From an uncultured Nitrososphaerota archaeon (GTDB lineage Archaea; Thermoproteota; Nitrososphaeria; Nitrososphaerales; CADDZS01): DNA of 64,000 nucleotides. The stretch lies in assembly GCA_963799845.1 (NCBI GenBank), contig CAWCYI010000006.1:1120001-1184000 (forward strand). Direction: 5' to 3'. Under the pieces are notes generated by a model that saw only the letters and a list, made by a program, of their open reading frames with translations, was not told the origin of the DNA and ran no database searches. This document shows positions 18,462 to 29,279 of this stretch, in pieces (the stretch's first letter is position 1; every line of letters starts with the position of its first letter). A program made the position numbers and the translations under genes.

Positions 18462-21122
18462 TTATTCATGCAGCTTGAATTCGTAAAATCCTGAGCCGAT
18501 TTCGCATTCGATGTATCCATCAATGTTCTTGATCGATATTATTCCTTCTCTTTCGACTGTTCTTGAAATGCCATCCTCAAAAATAACTGTAGACCCTTCA
18601 TCAAGCTTGAACCGCTCAAGCCCGAGTTTTGGGAAACAAACAGTAGCCCAGCTGTTAGGAGGAACCTCAACGAATAATAGTAAGGATTCTCTTCCATTTT
18701 CTCTGTTCTTCCTCCACTCCGACCTCAATGTTCCCCGAGCAGTTTCGAGCGATGTAGAAGCAAATCTGAGATCGTTTGGAATTAGAGGTCTTATCAAAAA
18801 GTGTCCGTAATCTGTTGAAGATGGGTCGTGTTGGAAGCCACCCAGGGTATTGAAAAACCATCCATCGATTGCGCCAAACATTATGTGATTATGGGAGTTC
18901 ATCCCCACACCTCCCAAGTACTCCCACCTCTCCCACAGAGTAGTCGCACCTTCTCGTATCATGTAGCCGTAACTCGGATACGTCGTCTGTGTCGCAACCC
19001 TAAATGCGAGCTCGCCGAAACCGTACTTCGTAAGAACATGGAAGAAAAATCTAGTCCCTATGATTCCCGTATTAAGATGCCCATCATGGGTTATCTCGAT
19101 ATCCTGAATCAATCCTTCGATAACCTGCCCTAACTTGTCCTCTGGAACGATTGCGGCTTGTAAGGGTAGTAAATTACAGGTCTGGCTCAGACCATATCCC
19201 CAGAATTTCGAATACCGCTCGGCGTGGGCATAGTTGCGATCTTCCCTTTCAGCAAGAAATTTTCGATTGAACGAATTCTTGATTTCGTCTGACAACCGAG
19301 AATATTTTTCGGAATCTTCGAGGTTACCCAGTACCCGAGCGATTTCCGACAATCTCGAACAGTTTTGATGGAACCAAAAAGTCGATATCAACTCGCCGGG
19401 AGTTTCGATAGGTTTTACGTGGCTTGGGGAGCACCAATCCCAATACTTGCTCAAGTTGAGAGTGAGATCATTGGATTTTGAGATTTCGAATTCAACCCAC
19501 TTCTTCATTCCTTGATAGTGTTTCTCAAGAGCTCTTTTGTCTCCATAAAGTTCGTAAACGTTCCATGCAATCGCTATGTATGTCGCACCGCAGCTAGAAT
19601 CCGCAGGATATCTTTCCCCAAAAGATGGAACGACGTCCGGAATTGTACCGTCCTCATGTTGGGAGTCGAGTATGTCATCCAGGAGTTTCTCAAAAAATCC
19701 TAGCATCCAGAAATTCATCGTCGCCTCTTCTGCGGAAAGCATGGTGTCCTGAAGCCAGCCAAGTCGCTCGTTTCTCTGCGGGCTGTCGGTCGGGATCCCC
19801 ATGAGGTTGCTGAGCTGAGACCAGATCGTGTTCCGATGAATCGAATTCAATAGGTCATCAGAGCACGCAAAAGAGCCGGAACTTTCAACGTCAGAGTGCA
19901 CGAAACGGCCCTCAAGAGTTTCCAGTGTCGGAATGCCCGTGAACCCACTCAATTCGACGAATCGAAAACCATGGTACGTAAACCGGGGTTCGTATTCTTC
20001 GACTTTTCCGGCCCCTTTGAGGATGTAGACGTCAGTCGCCTTTGCTGCTCGGTTTGTCCCTCGGTTTAGAGTCCCGTCCGGATTCAGAAGCTCCGCAAAC
20101 TTCATTGTAACTTCGGTTCCTCTAGGGCCTTCAACCCTTAGCTTCGTCCAGCCGCTAAAGTTCTGACCAAGGTCAAAGAGATAGACTCCTGGAATTGGTT
20201 CCGAAATTCGGGAGGGTTTTAACGACTTGACAACTCTGATCGGGGGAAAGAAAGCGGAGGAAACGAGCCCACCGATTCCATTAACATCGGCAAGTTTGCA
20301 CTTATTCCACTTCTCCTGGAAATTGGGGCAGTCCCAGCCTTTCTTTTCCAATCTCGCGTCATACGTTTCTCCGTTGTAAAGATCACTGGAAACAATCGGG
20401 CCTTGGTCGGTTGTCTCCCAAACTTCGTTGGTGCCGACTGAATTTTTGACCCCTTTCTCATCTTCTATCACGAGCTGGACGATCGCGTTGTTCGAACCCT
20501 CTCGCCTCGCCCCGAGCATCAGGCCTACTGCGTTTCTTCCCGATCGAAGGACCGAAGTGATATCGAAAACTGCGTAGTAGACTCGCTTGCTTGCATCTGA
20601 AGGAGCCGGATCGAGGACCCGGTCACCTATTTTCTCTCCGTTGATCCTTAGTTCATAGTAACAAAGGCTTGAGACATATGCACGGGCTCTTGTCGGAGGA
20701 GCAGTGAGATCAAATTCAGTTCTCACAAGGTTATCGCCCTCGATCCATTTTGCTTTCCAGTCGTCCTCATACAGCAGGCCCATTTCCCACGAGGCGACCT
20801 GGCTGAAATCTGAAGGACTGTCATTTTCGTCCCAAACCCTAACCTTCCAATAACAGCAGTTTTCAGAATTCAGCTTTTTTCCGTCATACTCAACAGAAAT
20901 TGATTTGTCCGAGATCATCTTCCCCGTGTCCCAAAAATTACCTCGATCATTTATGAGCTCGTCAAGATTGTCAGAAACTATGACCTGGTATGCCGTTTGC
21001 CTTTTTCCTCGACCGCCAGCAGATTTCAATATCCAGCTTAATCTGGGTCTGCCTTCTTGCAGTCCGATCGGGTCGCTCACGTACTCACACCTTAAATTAG
21101 AAACCTCAACACCGCTTTGCAA
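18462..21122 (-). CDS. Alpha-L-rhamnosidase, GH78
   Basis: DLGQNFSGW, PRFTYHGFRFVE, IPTDSPQRNERLGW, GATTLWERW, MNSHNHIMFG. Confidence 0.9.
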   Translation of the reverse strand: MQSGVEVSNLRCEYVSDPIGLQEGRPRLSWILKSAGGRGKRQTAYQVIVSDNLDELINDRGNFWDTGKMISDKSISVEYDGKKLNSENCCYWKVRVWDENDSPSDFSQVASWEMGLLYEDDWKAKWIEGDNLVRTEFDLTAPPTRARAYVSSLCYYELRINGEKIGDRVLDPAPSDASKRVYYAVFDITSVLRSGRNAVGLMLGARREGSNNAIVQLVIEDEKGVKNSVGTNEVWETTDQGPIVSSDLYNGETYDARLEKKGWDCPNFQEKWNKCKLADVNGIGGLVSSAFFPPIRVVKSLKPSRISEPIPGVYLFDLGQNFSGWTKLRVEGPRGTEVTMKFAELLNPDGTLNRGTNRAAKATDVYILKGAGKVEEYEPRFTYHGFRFVELSGFTGIPTLETLEGRFVHSDVESSGSFACSDDLLNSIHRNTIWSQLSNLMGIPTDSPQRNERLGWLQDTMLSAEEATMNFWMLGFFEKLLDDILDSQHEDGTIPDVVPSFGERYPADSSCGATYIAIAWNVYELYGDKRALEKHYQGMKKWVEFEISKSNDLTLNLSKYWDWCSPSHVKPIETPGELISTFWFHQNCSRLSEIARVLGNLEDSEKYSRLSDEIKNSFNRKFLAEREDRNYAHAERYSKFWGYGLSQTCNLLPLQAAIVPEDKLGQVIEGLIQDIEITHDGHLNTGIIGTRFFFHVLTKYGFGELAFRVATQTTYPSYGYMIREGATTLWERWEYLGGVGMNSHNHIMFGAIDGWFFNTLGGFQHDPSSTDYGHFLIRPLIPNDLRFASTSLETARGTLRSEWRKNRENGRESLLLFVEVPPNSWATVCFPKLGLERFKLDEGSTVIFEDGISRTVEREGIISIKNIDGYIECEIGSGFYEFKLHE

Positions 21123-21204
21123 TGCATTGAAAAACCAAGAATTCTTTTTTTATCAACATTATCTTGAATGAGAACTTTGGTCGATAGGTACTAGGGGCGA
21201 ATGT

Positions 21205-23970
21205 GTGATGGTTTCTACTACTAATACTCCCGAAGTCGTTTTTCCCAGATTGAAGATTCTGCTAGATGGGGAATGGAGATTTAGGGAAGATGCCGACAGT
21301 TCAGGTGAGTCTCTCGGATGGTTTGGAAAGTCTCCTTGGACGGAAGAAACCAGAAAGTGTTTGATTTCCTCTCCATTTCAATCGCAGTTTGCCGATCTTC
21401 GAGAGTTCTGTGGATTTGTCTGGTACCAAAAAGAGGTTCACGTGCCAGATGAATTTATTGGGTCATCTGCGATCCTTAGATTCGGGGCGATCAACTACGA
21501 CCCAACGATTTGGATAAACGGAGTTCCCATTCCCGGAGATTTTGGCGGAGGATATCGTCCTGTCGTCGCCGATCTCGGCGACGTATTAGAATCTGGAAAA
21601 ACTAACACTTTCACTGTTAGAACCTACTTTCCTCATCCAAGAATTTTGCCGTGCTACCCTCATGGAAAACAAAAGTGGTACGGACATGCCGGAGGGATCT
21701 GGCAGGGCGGGTATTTGGAATTGCTGTCTAACGTACACATCGATGATTGCTTCGTCCGCTCAAATTCTTCTTTAAGGTCTGTCACATTATCAGTCAAACT
21801 AAGTGGCAATATTTCTAGTGACTATTCACTTAATACTCGAGTTTTTTCTTTGAAGAAGGTTTCCGATCCAGGAAGTAAAAGTGAACAGGTTGCCGAACGA
21901 GATGTTGATCTTGCCCGTTCTCCTCAGAAAGGAAAAATCGAATTCACCATCCCGATAAACGGTGCAAAGCTTTGGAGCCCCGCGAACGCGCATCTTTACG
22001 AGGCACGAGTGCGTCTCTTCCGTGGGTCAAAACCGATCGATGAAATCTCTGTCGAATTCGGAATCAGGAAAATCCAAGCCGTCGACAGCAAATTGTTTTT
22101 GAACAACGAACCGTTGCTGATTAAAGGTGCCCTGAACCAAGGATTCTATCCGGGAACATTGTACACGCCGCCAAGCGAGGCGTTCATTCGCCGCGAGCTC
22201 GAGCTAGCGAAACAAATGGGTCTCAATCTTCTGAGGCTCCATGTGAAAATCGAAGACGACAGGTACCTCAAATGGGCTGACAGGTTGGGAATTCTTATCT
22301 GGGAAGACCTCCCCAACGTCGAAATCTTGAACGACGATGCAAGAAACCGACTCGAACAGATATTCAAGGGCAATCTAATGCGGGATCGGAATCATCCGTC
22401 CGTCATCGTTTGGTGCATCGCAAATGAAGCCTGGGGTCCGGATCCCTCCAACCCGGATCATGCCAGATGGCTAAACAAGATGTATGCGATGGGAAAGTCC
22501 CTCTCCCCTGACACACTGGTCATCGATAATTCGCCGTGCTATCCGAATTACCATACTTCAAAGACCGACATTGCCGACTTTCACTTCTACACCGCTATCC
22601 CTGCCGGGTACAAGCGGTGGATTGAGTTTCTAGATTCATTATCTTCTCCTAAGAGAAGAAAGAAGCTGCTTTTTGGCCCCAACACACCCAATGAAGATAA
22701 GCCAATTGTTATTTCGGAGTTTGGCGCGTGGGGATTGCCAACTATTTCTCAGCGAGGAGAAGTTCCATGGTGGTTTTCTCAGGGATGGGAATCCGGGGTG
22801 CCAGCAGGATTCGAGAGAAGATTCGAGAATTCGGGACTCTCATCGGTGTGGAAAAATCTAGAGAACATGGAGGTAGCGACCCAGAGGCACGAATACAAAT
22901 CCCTCAAATTCATGATCGAATCTATGCGGAAAATGCCGGAGCTTTGCGGATACGTAATTACTCAGTTTTACGATCTGCATTGGGAAGCCAACGGTTTGCT
23001 TGATTTTCAGAGAGCAAGAAAGGAAGGCTTTGGAGATATACAGAAACTGAACGCCGACGCGATGTTGATTGTAGACCGGACAAGCACCAAAACCAACGTT
23101 TGGTCCGGCCAGACACTTTCGGTCCCGGTGCTTTTTTCAAATATGCGTTCCGGGGAAATGGCCAACTGCACTCTAGATTGGCGCTTCGGGAAAGAGAGTG
23201 GGGAGGAGAGAATAAAATTGATAAAGTCTTGTGGCCTATCCACCATTTCCAAAATTAGGCTCAAAGCGCCTCGAGTTACAAGACCTACAATGTTTGCTCT
23301 TGATCTAAATTTGAGAACCGAAGATCAAATCGTTTCAGAATCGATTGATTTTCTAGTCTCGCCGAAATTGAAAGCAAGATCGTCACCATCTTCACTCTAT
23401 TTTCACGAGCCAGCAGGGCATTTAGATCGTTTTGGCACCTTGAACCTGCTCAAAAAGAAGATTCAATCTAGTTCTTCTCAAATGAATATCGCATCGGATC
23501 CCAAACACATCATGATATCTTCAACTTGCGATGAAACGGTGAACCATCATCTCTCGATCGGTGGAAGGGCTCTGATCCTTCCTGATGAGAGTGGAGTTTT
23601 GAAAGTTGGAGAAAGGAGTTATACTGTGGAACCGCGAGAGGACGATGGAGTTCAGGGTTACAATGTCATAATGAGAAATGAAATGTTCTCGCAACTGCCA
23701 ATCGAGAACCCCATGAGTTGGTCGTACTCTGAAGTTTCCCCCAAGTACATAATTAGAAACATTCTTCCGGAGGATAGCGAGAAAATACATGCAGCTTACT
23801 TTCAGGGGTGGGTGCATAATTTCGGCGCAACAATCCTGAAAGCGAGGACGGACCAAGGCGGTCTTGCGCTCGTCTCTACTCTAAATTTCGGGGGCTATGG
23901 CAAAGATCCCGTGGCGACATTACTTTTTGAAAACCTCTTAGCCTCCCTCGAAGGGCCCCAATCCAACTAG
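21205..23970 (+). CDS. Glycoside hydrolase family 2
   Basis: LDGEWRF, GLNLLRLHVK, RNHPSVIVWCIANE (acid/base), IVISEFG (nucleophile). Confidence 0.9.
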   Translation: MMVSTTNTPEVVFPRLKILLDGEWRFREDADSSGESLGWFGKSPWTEETRKCLISSPFQSQFADLREFCGFVWYQKEVHVPDEFIGSSAILRFGAINYDPTIWINGVPIPGDFGGGYRPVVADLGDVLESGKTNTFTVRTYFPHPRILPCYPHGKQKWYGHAGGIWQGGYLELLSNVHIDDCFVRSNSSLRSVTLSVKLSGNISSDYSLNTRVFSLKKVSDPGSKSEQVAERDVDLARSPQKGKIEFTIPINGAKLWSPANAHLYEARVRLFRGSKPIDEISVEFGIRKIQAVDSKLFLNNEPLLIKGALNQGFYPGTLYTPPSEAFIRRELELAKQMGLNLLRLHVKIEDDRYLKWADRLGILIWEDLPNVEILNDDARNRLEQIFKGNLMRDRNHPSVIVWCIANEAWGPDPSNPDHARWLNKMYAMGKSLSPDTLVIDNSPCYPNYHTSKTDIADFHFYTAIPAGYKRWIEFLDSLSSPKRRKKLLFGPNTPNEDKPIVISEFGAWGLPTISQRGEVPWWFSQGWESGVPAGFERRFENSGLSSVWKNLENMEVATQRHEYKSLKFMIESMRKMPELCGYVITQFYDLHWEANGLLDFQRARKEGFGDIQKLNADAMLIVDRTSTKTNVWSGQTLSVPVLFSNMRSGEMANCTLDWRFGKESGEERIKLIKSCGLSTISKIRLKAPRVTRPTMFALDLNLRTEDQIVSESIDFLVSPKLKARSSPSSLYFHEPAGHLDRFGTLNLLKKKIQSSSSQMNIASDPKHIMISSTCDETVNHHLSIGGRALILPDESGVLKVGERSYTVEPREDDGVQGYNVIMRNEMFSQLPIENPMSWSYSEVSPKYIIRNILPEDSEKIHAAYFQGWVHNFGATILKARTDQGGLALVSTLNFGGYGKDPVATLLFENLLASLEGPQSN

Positions 23971-24085
23971 GATGGGATCCGCGCACACGATCCCGAAAAT
24001 ATGCGAGGGTTCAGGAATTTCGTCGGCTAGCATCTTGTCATCATTAATATTTAATTCGCCACTCGAGATTGAATTGTGAGAACAT

Positions 24086-25432
24086 TTGAAAATAACCATA
24101 ATTGGCGCGGGAAGCGCCGTCTTCTGGATGTCGATGATTCGCGACCTTTGTCTGATGGAAAGTGCGCCAGGATCGACCATTTCTCTAGTTGACATCAACA
24201 AGGGAAGGCTGGATGCCGTCCACGATCTGGGGACGAGGTACGCGAAGGAAGTCGGAGTAGACGTTACCTTCGAAAAGGGTGATGATCGGAGGAGCGCTTT
24301 ACGTGGTACGGATTTTGTTCTTAATACTGCTCTCGTCGGAGGTCACGATTATACTGAGAAGGTGCGAAAGATCGGAGAAAAGCATGGTTACTACAGAGGG
24401 ATCGATCACAGGCACGTCCGGTTCATCGGCGGATTCGACCAAATGAAACTCGCCCTCGAGATTGCAAAAGACATGGAGGAGATCTGTCCGGACGCATGGC
24501 TCCTGCAGATCGCCAACCCAGTTTTCGAGATCACCACGCTTCTTCACCGCGAGAGGAAGATCAAGGTCGCAGGGTTTTGCGATGGTTTCAGGAGCGGCTA
24601 CCTGCAACTTCTACTAGCTCTAGGTCTGAGTCCAGCCGAAGTTGACTTCCAAGTCGCAGGATTCAACCACTGCATCTGGCTGACCAAATTCTTCTACTCT
24701 GAGACCGGCAAGAATGCCTATCCTGTCATCGACGATTTTGCGCGAAACAGAGCCGAGGATTTCTGGAAAGAGCATAAGCTCGGTTTGTGGGAAGAGACAC
24801 TCAGTCCTGCTTCGGTTGACGCTTACAAGCACTTTGGCCTCTACCCGGTCGGAGACTCTGGTCGCGAGTTCCTCTGGAAGTATTATTATGACCTAGACAC
24901 TTTGAAGAAGTGGTTTGGACCAATCGGCGGGACCGATTCCGAGATCGGAAATCCACTTCGTCTCGAAGATTTCCAGAAAAACGTGGACAAGCTTTTCCGA
25001 CTGAGCAACGACCCGAAAGCTTCGCTGAAAGCTGAGATTCCTCCTGAGAAAGGCCTCGACCAGTTCTCCGACTTTATCGATGCAATCCATCTTGGGCGAG
25101 AAAAGCGACTGGTAATCAACGTTCTGAACAAGGGCGCAATCTCTCAGGTTCCGGATGACGTGGCTGTCGAGGTGCCTGTAGTGATGAAGGATGGAAGGCT
25201 TTACCCAGAAAAGATACCGCCCTTCCCCAACAGACTCCTGAATTTTGTTCTCATCCCCAGGATGCTCCGAATGGAGTGGGGTCTGGAAGCTTTCCTCTCA
25301 GGGGAAAGAGAGATGCTAGTAGAGATTTTGATCAGAGATCCGAGGACGAAATCGGAAAAACAGGCAAGAGATGCACTTGACGAGATTCTAGCCCTACCGG
25401 AGCACAGTGGTCTTGCATCGTACTACAAATAG
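24086..25432 (+). CDS. NAD-dependent glycoside hydrolase family 4 (alpha-glucosidase/galactosidase/glucuronidase clade)
   Basis: IIGAGSAVF, EKHGYYRGID, CPDAWLLQIANP, AGFNH, DPRTKS. Confidence 0.9.
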   Translation: MKITIIGAGSAVFWMSMIRDLCLMESAPGSTISLVDINKGRLDAVHDLGTRYAKEVGVDVTFEKGDDRRSALRGTDFVLNTALVGGHDYTEKVRKIGEKHGYYRGIDHRHVRFIGGFDQMKLALEIAKDMEEICPDAWLLQIANPVFEITTLLHRERKIKVAGFCDGFRSGYLQLLLALGLSPAEVDFQVAGFNHCIWLTKFFYSETGKNAYPVIDDFARNRAEDFWKEHKLGLWEETLSPASVDAYKHFGLYPVGDSGREFLWKYYYDLDTLKKWFGPIGGTDSEIGNPLRLEDFQKNVDKLFRLSNDPKASLKAEIPPEKGLDQFSDFIDAIHLGREKRLVINVLNKGAISQVPDDVAVEVPVVMKDGRLYPEKIPPFPNRLLNFVLIPRMLRMEWGLEAFLSGEREMLVEILIRDPRTKSEKQARDALDEILALPEHSGLASYYK

Positions 25433-25477
25433 GCTCGATGCCCTAATTCAAAACATTGGACAAGAGACCGATAAAAA

Positions 25478-26377
25478 ATGGATAAGCCCTCCGGGATAAT
25501 ACCTGCCCTCAGTACTCTTACCGACACCAAGGGGATGTTTGACGAAGATAGCGAGCGCTCTCTGGTCAGAACGAGCATAGAGTGGGGAGTCAGCGGTGTT
25601 GCTGTATCGATCATCGCAGGAGAATTTTACAAATTTACCGATAATGAAAGGAAACGGACGTTTGAGGTCGCTGTCGATGAGGCAAACGGGAAGGTTCCCG
25701 TCTGGGCCGGCATCAGCCACCTCGGAACGGCCTCCTCAATTGAACTTGCGAAATATGCGAAGGATGCCGGAGCGGACGGAATCATCGCCCAGCCCGCATT
25801 GGTAGGAAAGGAAGCTGCACTCGCGCTTCACGAGCATTTCAGCACCATTTTTTCCAAGGTTGATCTCCCGGTAATGATTCAGGACGCCGAGGATTTCAAC
25901 GGAATCAAGATGGAACCGGGCCTCTACGCCAGACTCGCAAACGAATTTCCACAGTTCCTCTGCGTGAAGATAGAGGGCGGAAAGACCCTGGATAAGATCA
26001 GGGATACGAAAATCACGATTGGAAACAGGCTGTCTATCCTCGGTGGGATGGGAGGGCGGTTGCTCCTGGAGGAGCTTGCGCTCGGAGCCGTCGGGAGCAT
26101 TCCGAACCCGTGCATGGCCGACATCATTGTCCAATCGTACAACGATTTTAGGGCAGGAGATCTTGAAAAAGCCCAGAGAACCTTTTCAAAATACAAACCG
26201 TGGCTGGAGTTTCAGTCACAGCACTCCCAATCAGCTTTCGAAATCGTGAAGGAGACCCTTCGTTTGCGTGGTGTGGTGAAATCGTCGTTCACCAGGAGTC
26301 CACACGTTCCTCTGGCCGATGAAACGAAACTCGAGCTGAAAAAACTGATCGAAAATATGGGACTGCTGAAAATCTGA
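25478..26377 (+). CDS. DHDPS-family enzyme (2-keto-3-deoxy sugar acid dehydratase/aldolase-like)
   Basis: DHDPS barrel with AGEF, VMIQDAE and Schiff-base Lys in VKIEG. Lacks the GTTGE motif of true DapA. Confidence 0.8.
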   Translation: MDKPSGIIPALSTLTDTKGMFDEDSERSLVRTSIEWGVSGVAVSIIAGEFYKFTDNERKRTFEVAVDEANGKVPVWAGISHLGTASSIELAKYAKDAGADGIIAQPALVGKEAALALHEHFSTIFSKVDLPVMIQDAEDFNGIKMEPGLYARLANEFPQFLCVKIEGGKTLDKIRDTKITIGNRLSILGGMGGRLLLEELALGAVGSIPNPCMADIIVQSYNDFRAGDLEKAQRTFSKYKPWLEFQSQHSQSAFEIVKETLRLRGVVKSSFTRSPHVPLADETKLELKKLIENMGLLKI

Positions 26378-26378
26378 C

Positions 26379-27722
26379 TTATTTGTAGTATGCGGCCATT
26401 TCCCTGTTCTCCGGCTGCGATAAAATATCGTCCAGAGCTTCCCTTGCCTGTTTCTCTGAGTGCGTCCTTGGATCACGGATTAGAATCTCGGCCAGCATCT
26501 CTCTTTCTCCCGAAAGATAAGCTTCCAGCCCCCACTCCATGCGCAAAAGTCTTGGAATTATCATAAAATTCAGCAGGCGGCTCGGGAACGGATCGACGTG
26601 CTCTGGGTAAAGCTTCCTATTCTTGATATTGACTGGGACTTCAACGGCCGCATCGGAAGGAAGCTGTGGCAGCGCACCGTTGTTTGGTATGTTGAGGACC
26701 AGCCTCTTTTCCTCTCCGAGGTGGATTGCGTCGATAAAGTCGGAGAACTCGTCCAGCCCCTTTTGAGGTGGCAGGAAGGCTTTGACCGAAGCGTTAGGAT
26801 CGTTACTCAGTTTGAATAACTCATCTACGTTCGCCTGAAACCTCTTGAGGCGCATGGGGTTCCCGATTGAAGAATCAGTCCCGCCGATCGAGCCGAACCA
26901 TCGCTTCAAAGTATCGAGGTCGTAGTAGTACTTCCAGATGAATTCCCTTCCGGTATCACCGATTGGATAGAGGCCGAAGTGCTTGTAAACGTCCACAGCC
27001 GCGGGGCTGATCGTCTCCTGCCAAAGACCAATCTCGTTATTTTTCCAGAACTCTCCTGCCTCATTCTTTATCCAGTTGTCGATCATCGGGTAAAGATTGC
27101 TGCCGTCCTCTTTGTTCTGGAACTTTGTCAGGTAGATGCAATGATTTAGTCCAGCGACCTGAAAGTATACGTCAGCGGGACTCAAGCCGAGTGCCATCAT
27201 CAGGCGGTAAATCCCGACGAAGCCATCGCAGAAACCAGCGACCTTGACTTTGCGCTGTCTGTGAATCAATGTCGTGATGTCAAATACCGGGTTCGAGATC
27301 TGCATCATCCAAGCGTCCGGGCAGATGTCCTCTACATCTCTTGCGATTTCAAGGGCGAGCTTGAACTGGGAGTAGCTTACGATGAACCTTACCTGGCGGT
27401 GGTCGATCCCCATGTAGTAGCCATGCTTCTCGCCGATAGCTTTCATCTTCTCCGCGTACTCATGTCCTCCGACCCATGCGGTGTTCAGGACAAAGTCTGC
27501 GTTTTTTAAGGCCTGGCGTCTGTTCTCGGCTTTTTCAAATCTAATGTCAACTCCAACCTCTTTCACGTACCTCCTCGCAAGATCGTAAACGGCGTCCAAT
27601 CGCTCATTGTTTACGTCAACCAGTGATATTGTGCAGCCGGGCGCGCTTTTCATTACCGTGAAGTCTCTAAGCGTCGAGACCCAAAAAGCAGCACTTCCCG
27701 CTCCTACGATCGCTATTTTCAT
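26379..27722 (-). CDS. Glycoside hydrolase family 4
   Basis: MKIAIVGAGSAAF start at 27722; close paralogue of 24086..25432. Confidence 0.9.
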   Translation of the reverse strand: MKIAIVGAGSAAFWVSTLRDFTVMKSAPGCTISLVDVNNERLDAVYDLARRYVKEVGVDIRFEKAENRRQALKNADFVLNTAWVGGHEYAEKMKAIGEKHGYYMGIDHRQVRFIVSYSQFKLALEIARDVEDICPDAWMMQISNPVFDITTLIHRQRKVKVAGFCDGFVGIYRLMMALGLSPADVYFQVAGLNHCIYLTKFQNKEDGSNLYPMIDNWIKNEAGEFWKNNEIGLWQETISPAAVDVYKHFGLYPIGDTGREFIWKYYYDLDTLKRWFGSIGGTDSSIGNPMRLKRFQANVDELFKLSNDPNASVKAFLPPQKGLDEFSDFIDAIHLGEEKRLVLNIPNNGALPQLPSDAAVEVPVNIKNRKLYPEHVDPFPSRLLNFMIIPRLLRMEWGLEAYLSGEREMLAEILIRDPRTHSEKQAREALDDILSQPENREMAAYYK

Positions 27723-27862
27723 GATAATCCCATAATTGCAAAACACGATTTGAAATTATTTTCGCAGACAGACAAAATCTAGATGGAAGGTAGTTACTAG
27801 AACGGAACGTCGGCAAGAAGAATAAGAAGCGTGCCGGAAATTTTTCAAGGAAAAGGGTCCGG

Positions 27863-29230
27863 TCACTTGTAGTGCCTAGCCATATCAGAATTTTCCGGCA
27901 TGGTCATTATCGCCTCGATCGCATCGCGCGCCTGCTTCTCCGATTTTGTCCGCGGATCCCGAATGAGTATCTCGACCAAGACCTCCCTGCTTCCCGTTCT
28001 GAAAGCCTCTAGCCCCCACTCCATCCTCATCATCCTGGGAATCAAGACGAAATTAACGAGCCGTTTTGGAAACGGATCTACGTGCTCCGGCTTCATCTTT
28101 CCATCCTTTGATACCATGACAGGCAGTTCAACCGCAAGATCTTGTGGAAACTGCGTCAGTAGGCCGTTGTTTGGAATGTTCAGAAAGAGCCTCTTTTCTT
28201 CTCCAGTGATCGTAGCATCGATGAAATCGGAAAATTCCGAGTGCCCCTTTTCAGGAGGAACTTCGACGGTGAGCTTGGCGTTTGGATCGTTGGTGAGCCG
28301 GAACAACTTGTCCACTCCGGCCTGGAACCTCTTGAGCCTCAGCTCAAGTCCGACCTCGGAATCGGTACCGCCCAGGTGTCCGAACCATTTCTTTGCGGTT
28401 TCGAGATTGTAATGGTACTTCCATGTGAAGCTCCGTGTAGTGTCCCCAATGGGGTACAGCCCGTACATCTTGTACATATCAGCCGAAGCAGGGCTGAGTG
28501 TTTCCTGCCACAGACCAATCTCGGTGGTCCGCCAGAACTCCGTCGCTTTGTTCGCGATCCAATCGTCAATCACCGGGTACAGGTTGGCACGGGTACTCGC
28601 ATCTCTGAACTTTGTCAGCCAGATACAGTGGTTGAAACCCGAGACTTGAAACTCAACGTCTGCCGGGCTCAGTCCTAGCGTCATCATCAATGGGTAGATT
28701 CCGATGTACTCGTCGCAGAATCCGACCGTTTTGATCTTACTTTTTTCCTTCCGCAAAAGCGACGTCACTTCGAAAATGGGATTTGCAACCTGAAGGAGCC
28801 AAGCATCCGGGCAGGTTTCTTCCATGTCCGAAGCAATGTCCAGAGCTAACTGGTACTGCTTGTAGCCGAGAATCGTGTAGTAGTCGGATACAAAGTTGAA
28901 CTCGACGCTGTCTATGCCCCGGTAGTAACCGTGTTCTTCACCAATCGCACGCATCTTCTCCGTATAATCGTGGCCGCTCGGGAAGGCGGTGTTCAATACA
29001 AAATTCGCGTCCCGAAGAGCCCTACGTCTATCCAGGGATTTCTCGAATTTTATTTCAACGCCTAACTCCTTTGCATACCTCTTCGCAAGTCCGTAGGCCG
29101 CGTCAAGGCGCTGCTCGTTTACATCGACGAGAGAAAACGTGCTCCCTGGAGCACTTTTCATTATGCAAAGGTCCCTGATCCATGCTATTGAAAATGCGGC
29201 GCTCCCGGCTCCGATAATTGCAACCTTCAT
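27863..29230 (-). CDS. Glycoside hydrolase family 4
   Basis: MKVAIIGAGSAAF start at 29230; GYYRGIDSVEFNFVSDYYT resembles Thermotoga AglA-type GH4. Confidence 0.9.
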   Translation of the reverse strand: MKVAIIGAGSAAFSIAWIRDLCIMKSAPGSTFSLVDVNEQRLDAAYGLAKRYAKELGVEIKFEKSLDRRRALRDANFVLNTAFPSGHDYTEKMRAIGEEHGYYRGIDSVEFNFVSDYYTILGYKQYQLALDIASDMEETCPDAWLLQVANPIFEVTSLLRKEKSKIKTVGFCDEYIGIYPLMMTLGLSPADVEFQVSGFNHCIWLTKFRDASTRANLYPVIDDWIANKATEFWRTTEIGLWQETLSPASADMYKMYGLYPIGDTTRSFTWKYHYNLETAKKWFGHLGGTDSEVGLELRLKRFQAGVDKLFRLTNDPNAKLTVEVPPEKGHSEFSDFIDATITGEEKRLFLNIPNNGLLTQFPQDLAVELPVMVSKDGKMKPEHVDPFPKRLVNFVLIPRMMRMEWGLEAFRTGSREVLVEILIRDPRTKSEKQARDAIEAIMTMPENSDMARHYK

Positions 29231-29279
29231 CGCTCTAACTTCCTTGCTTATCAAAAGAGACTATTCAGGTCGGTAACTT

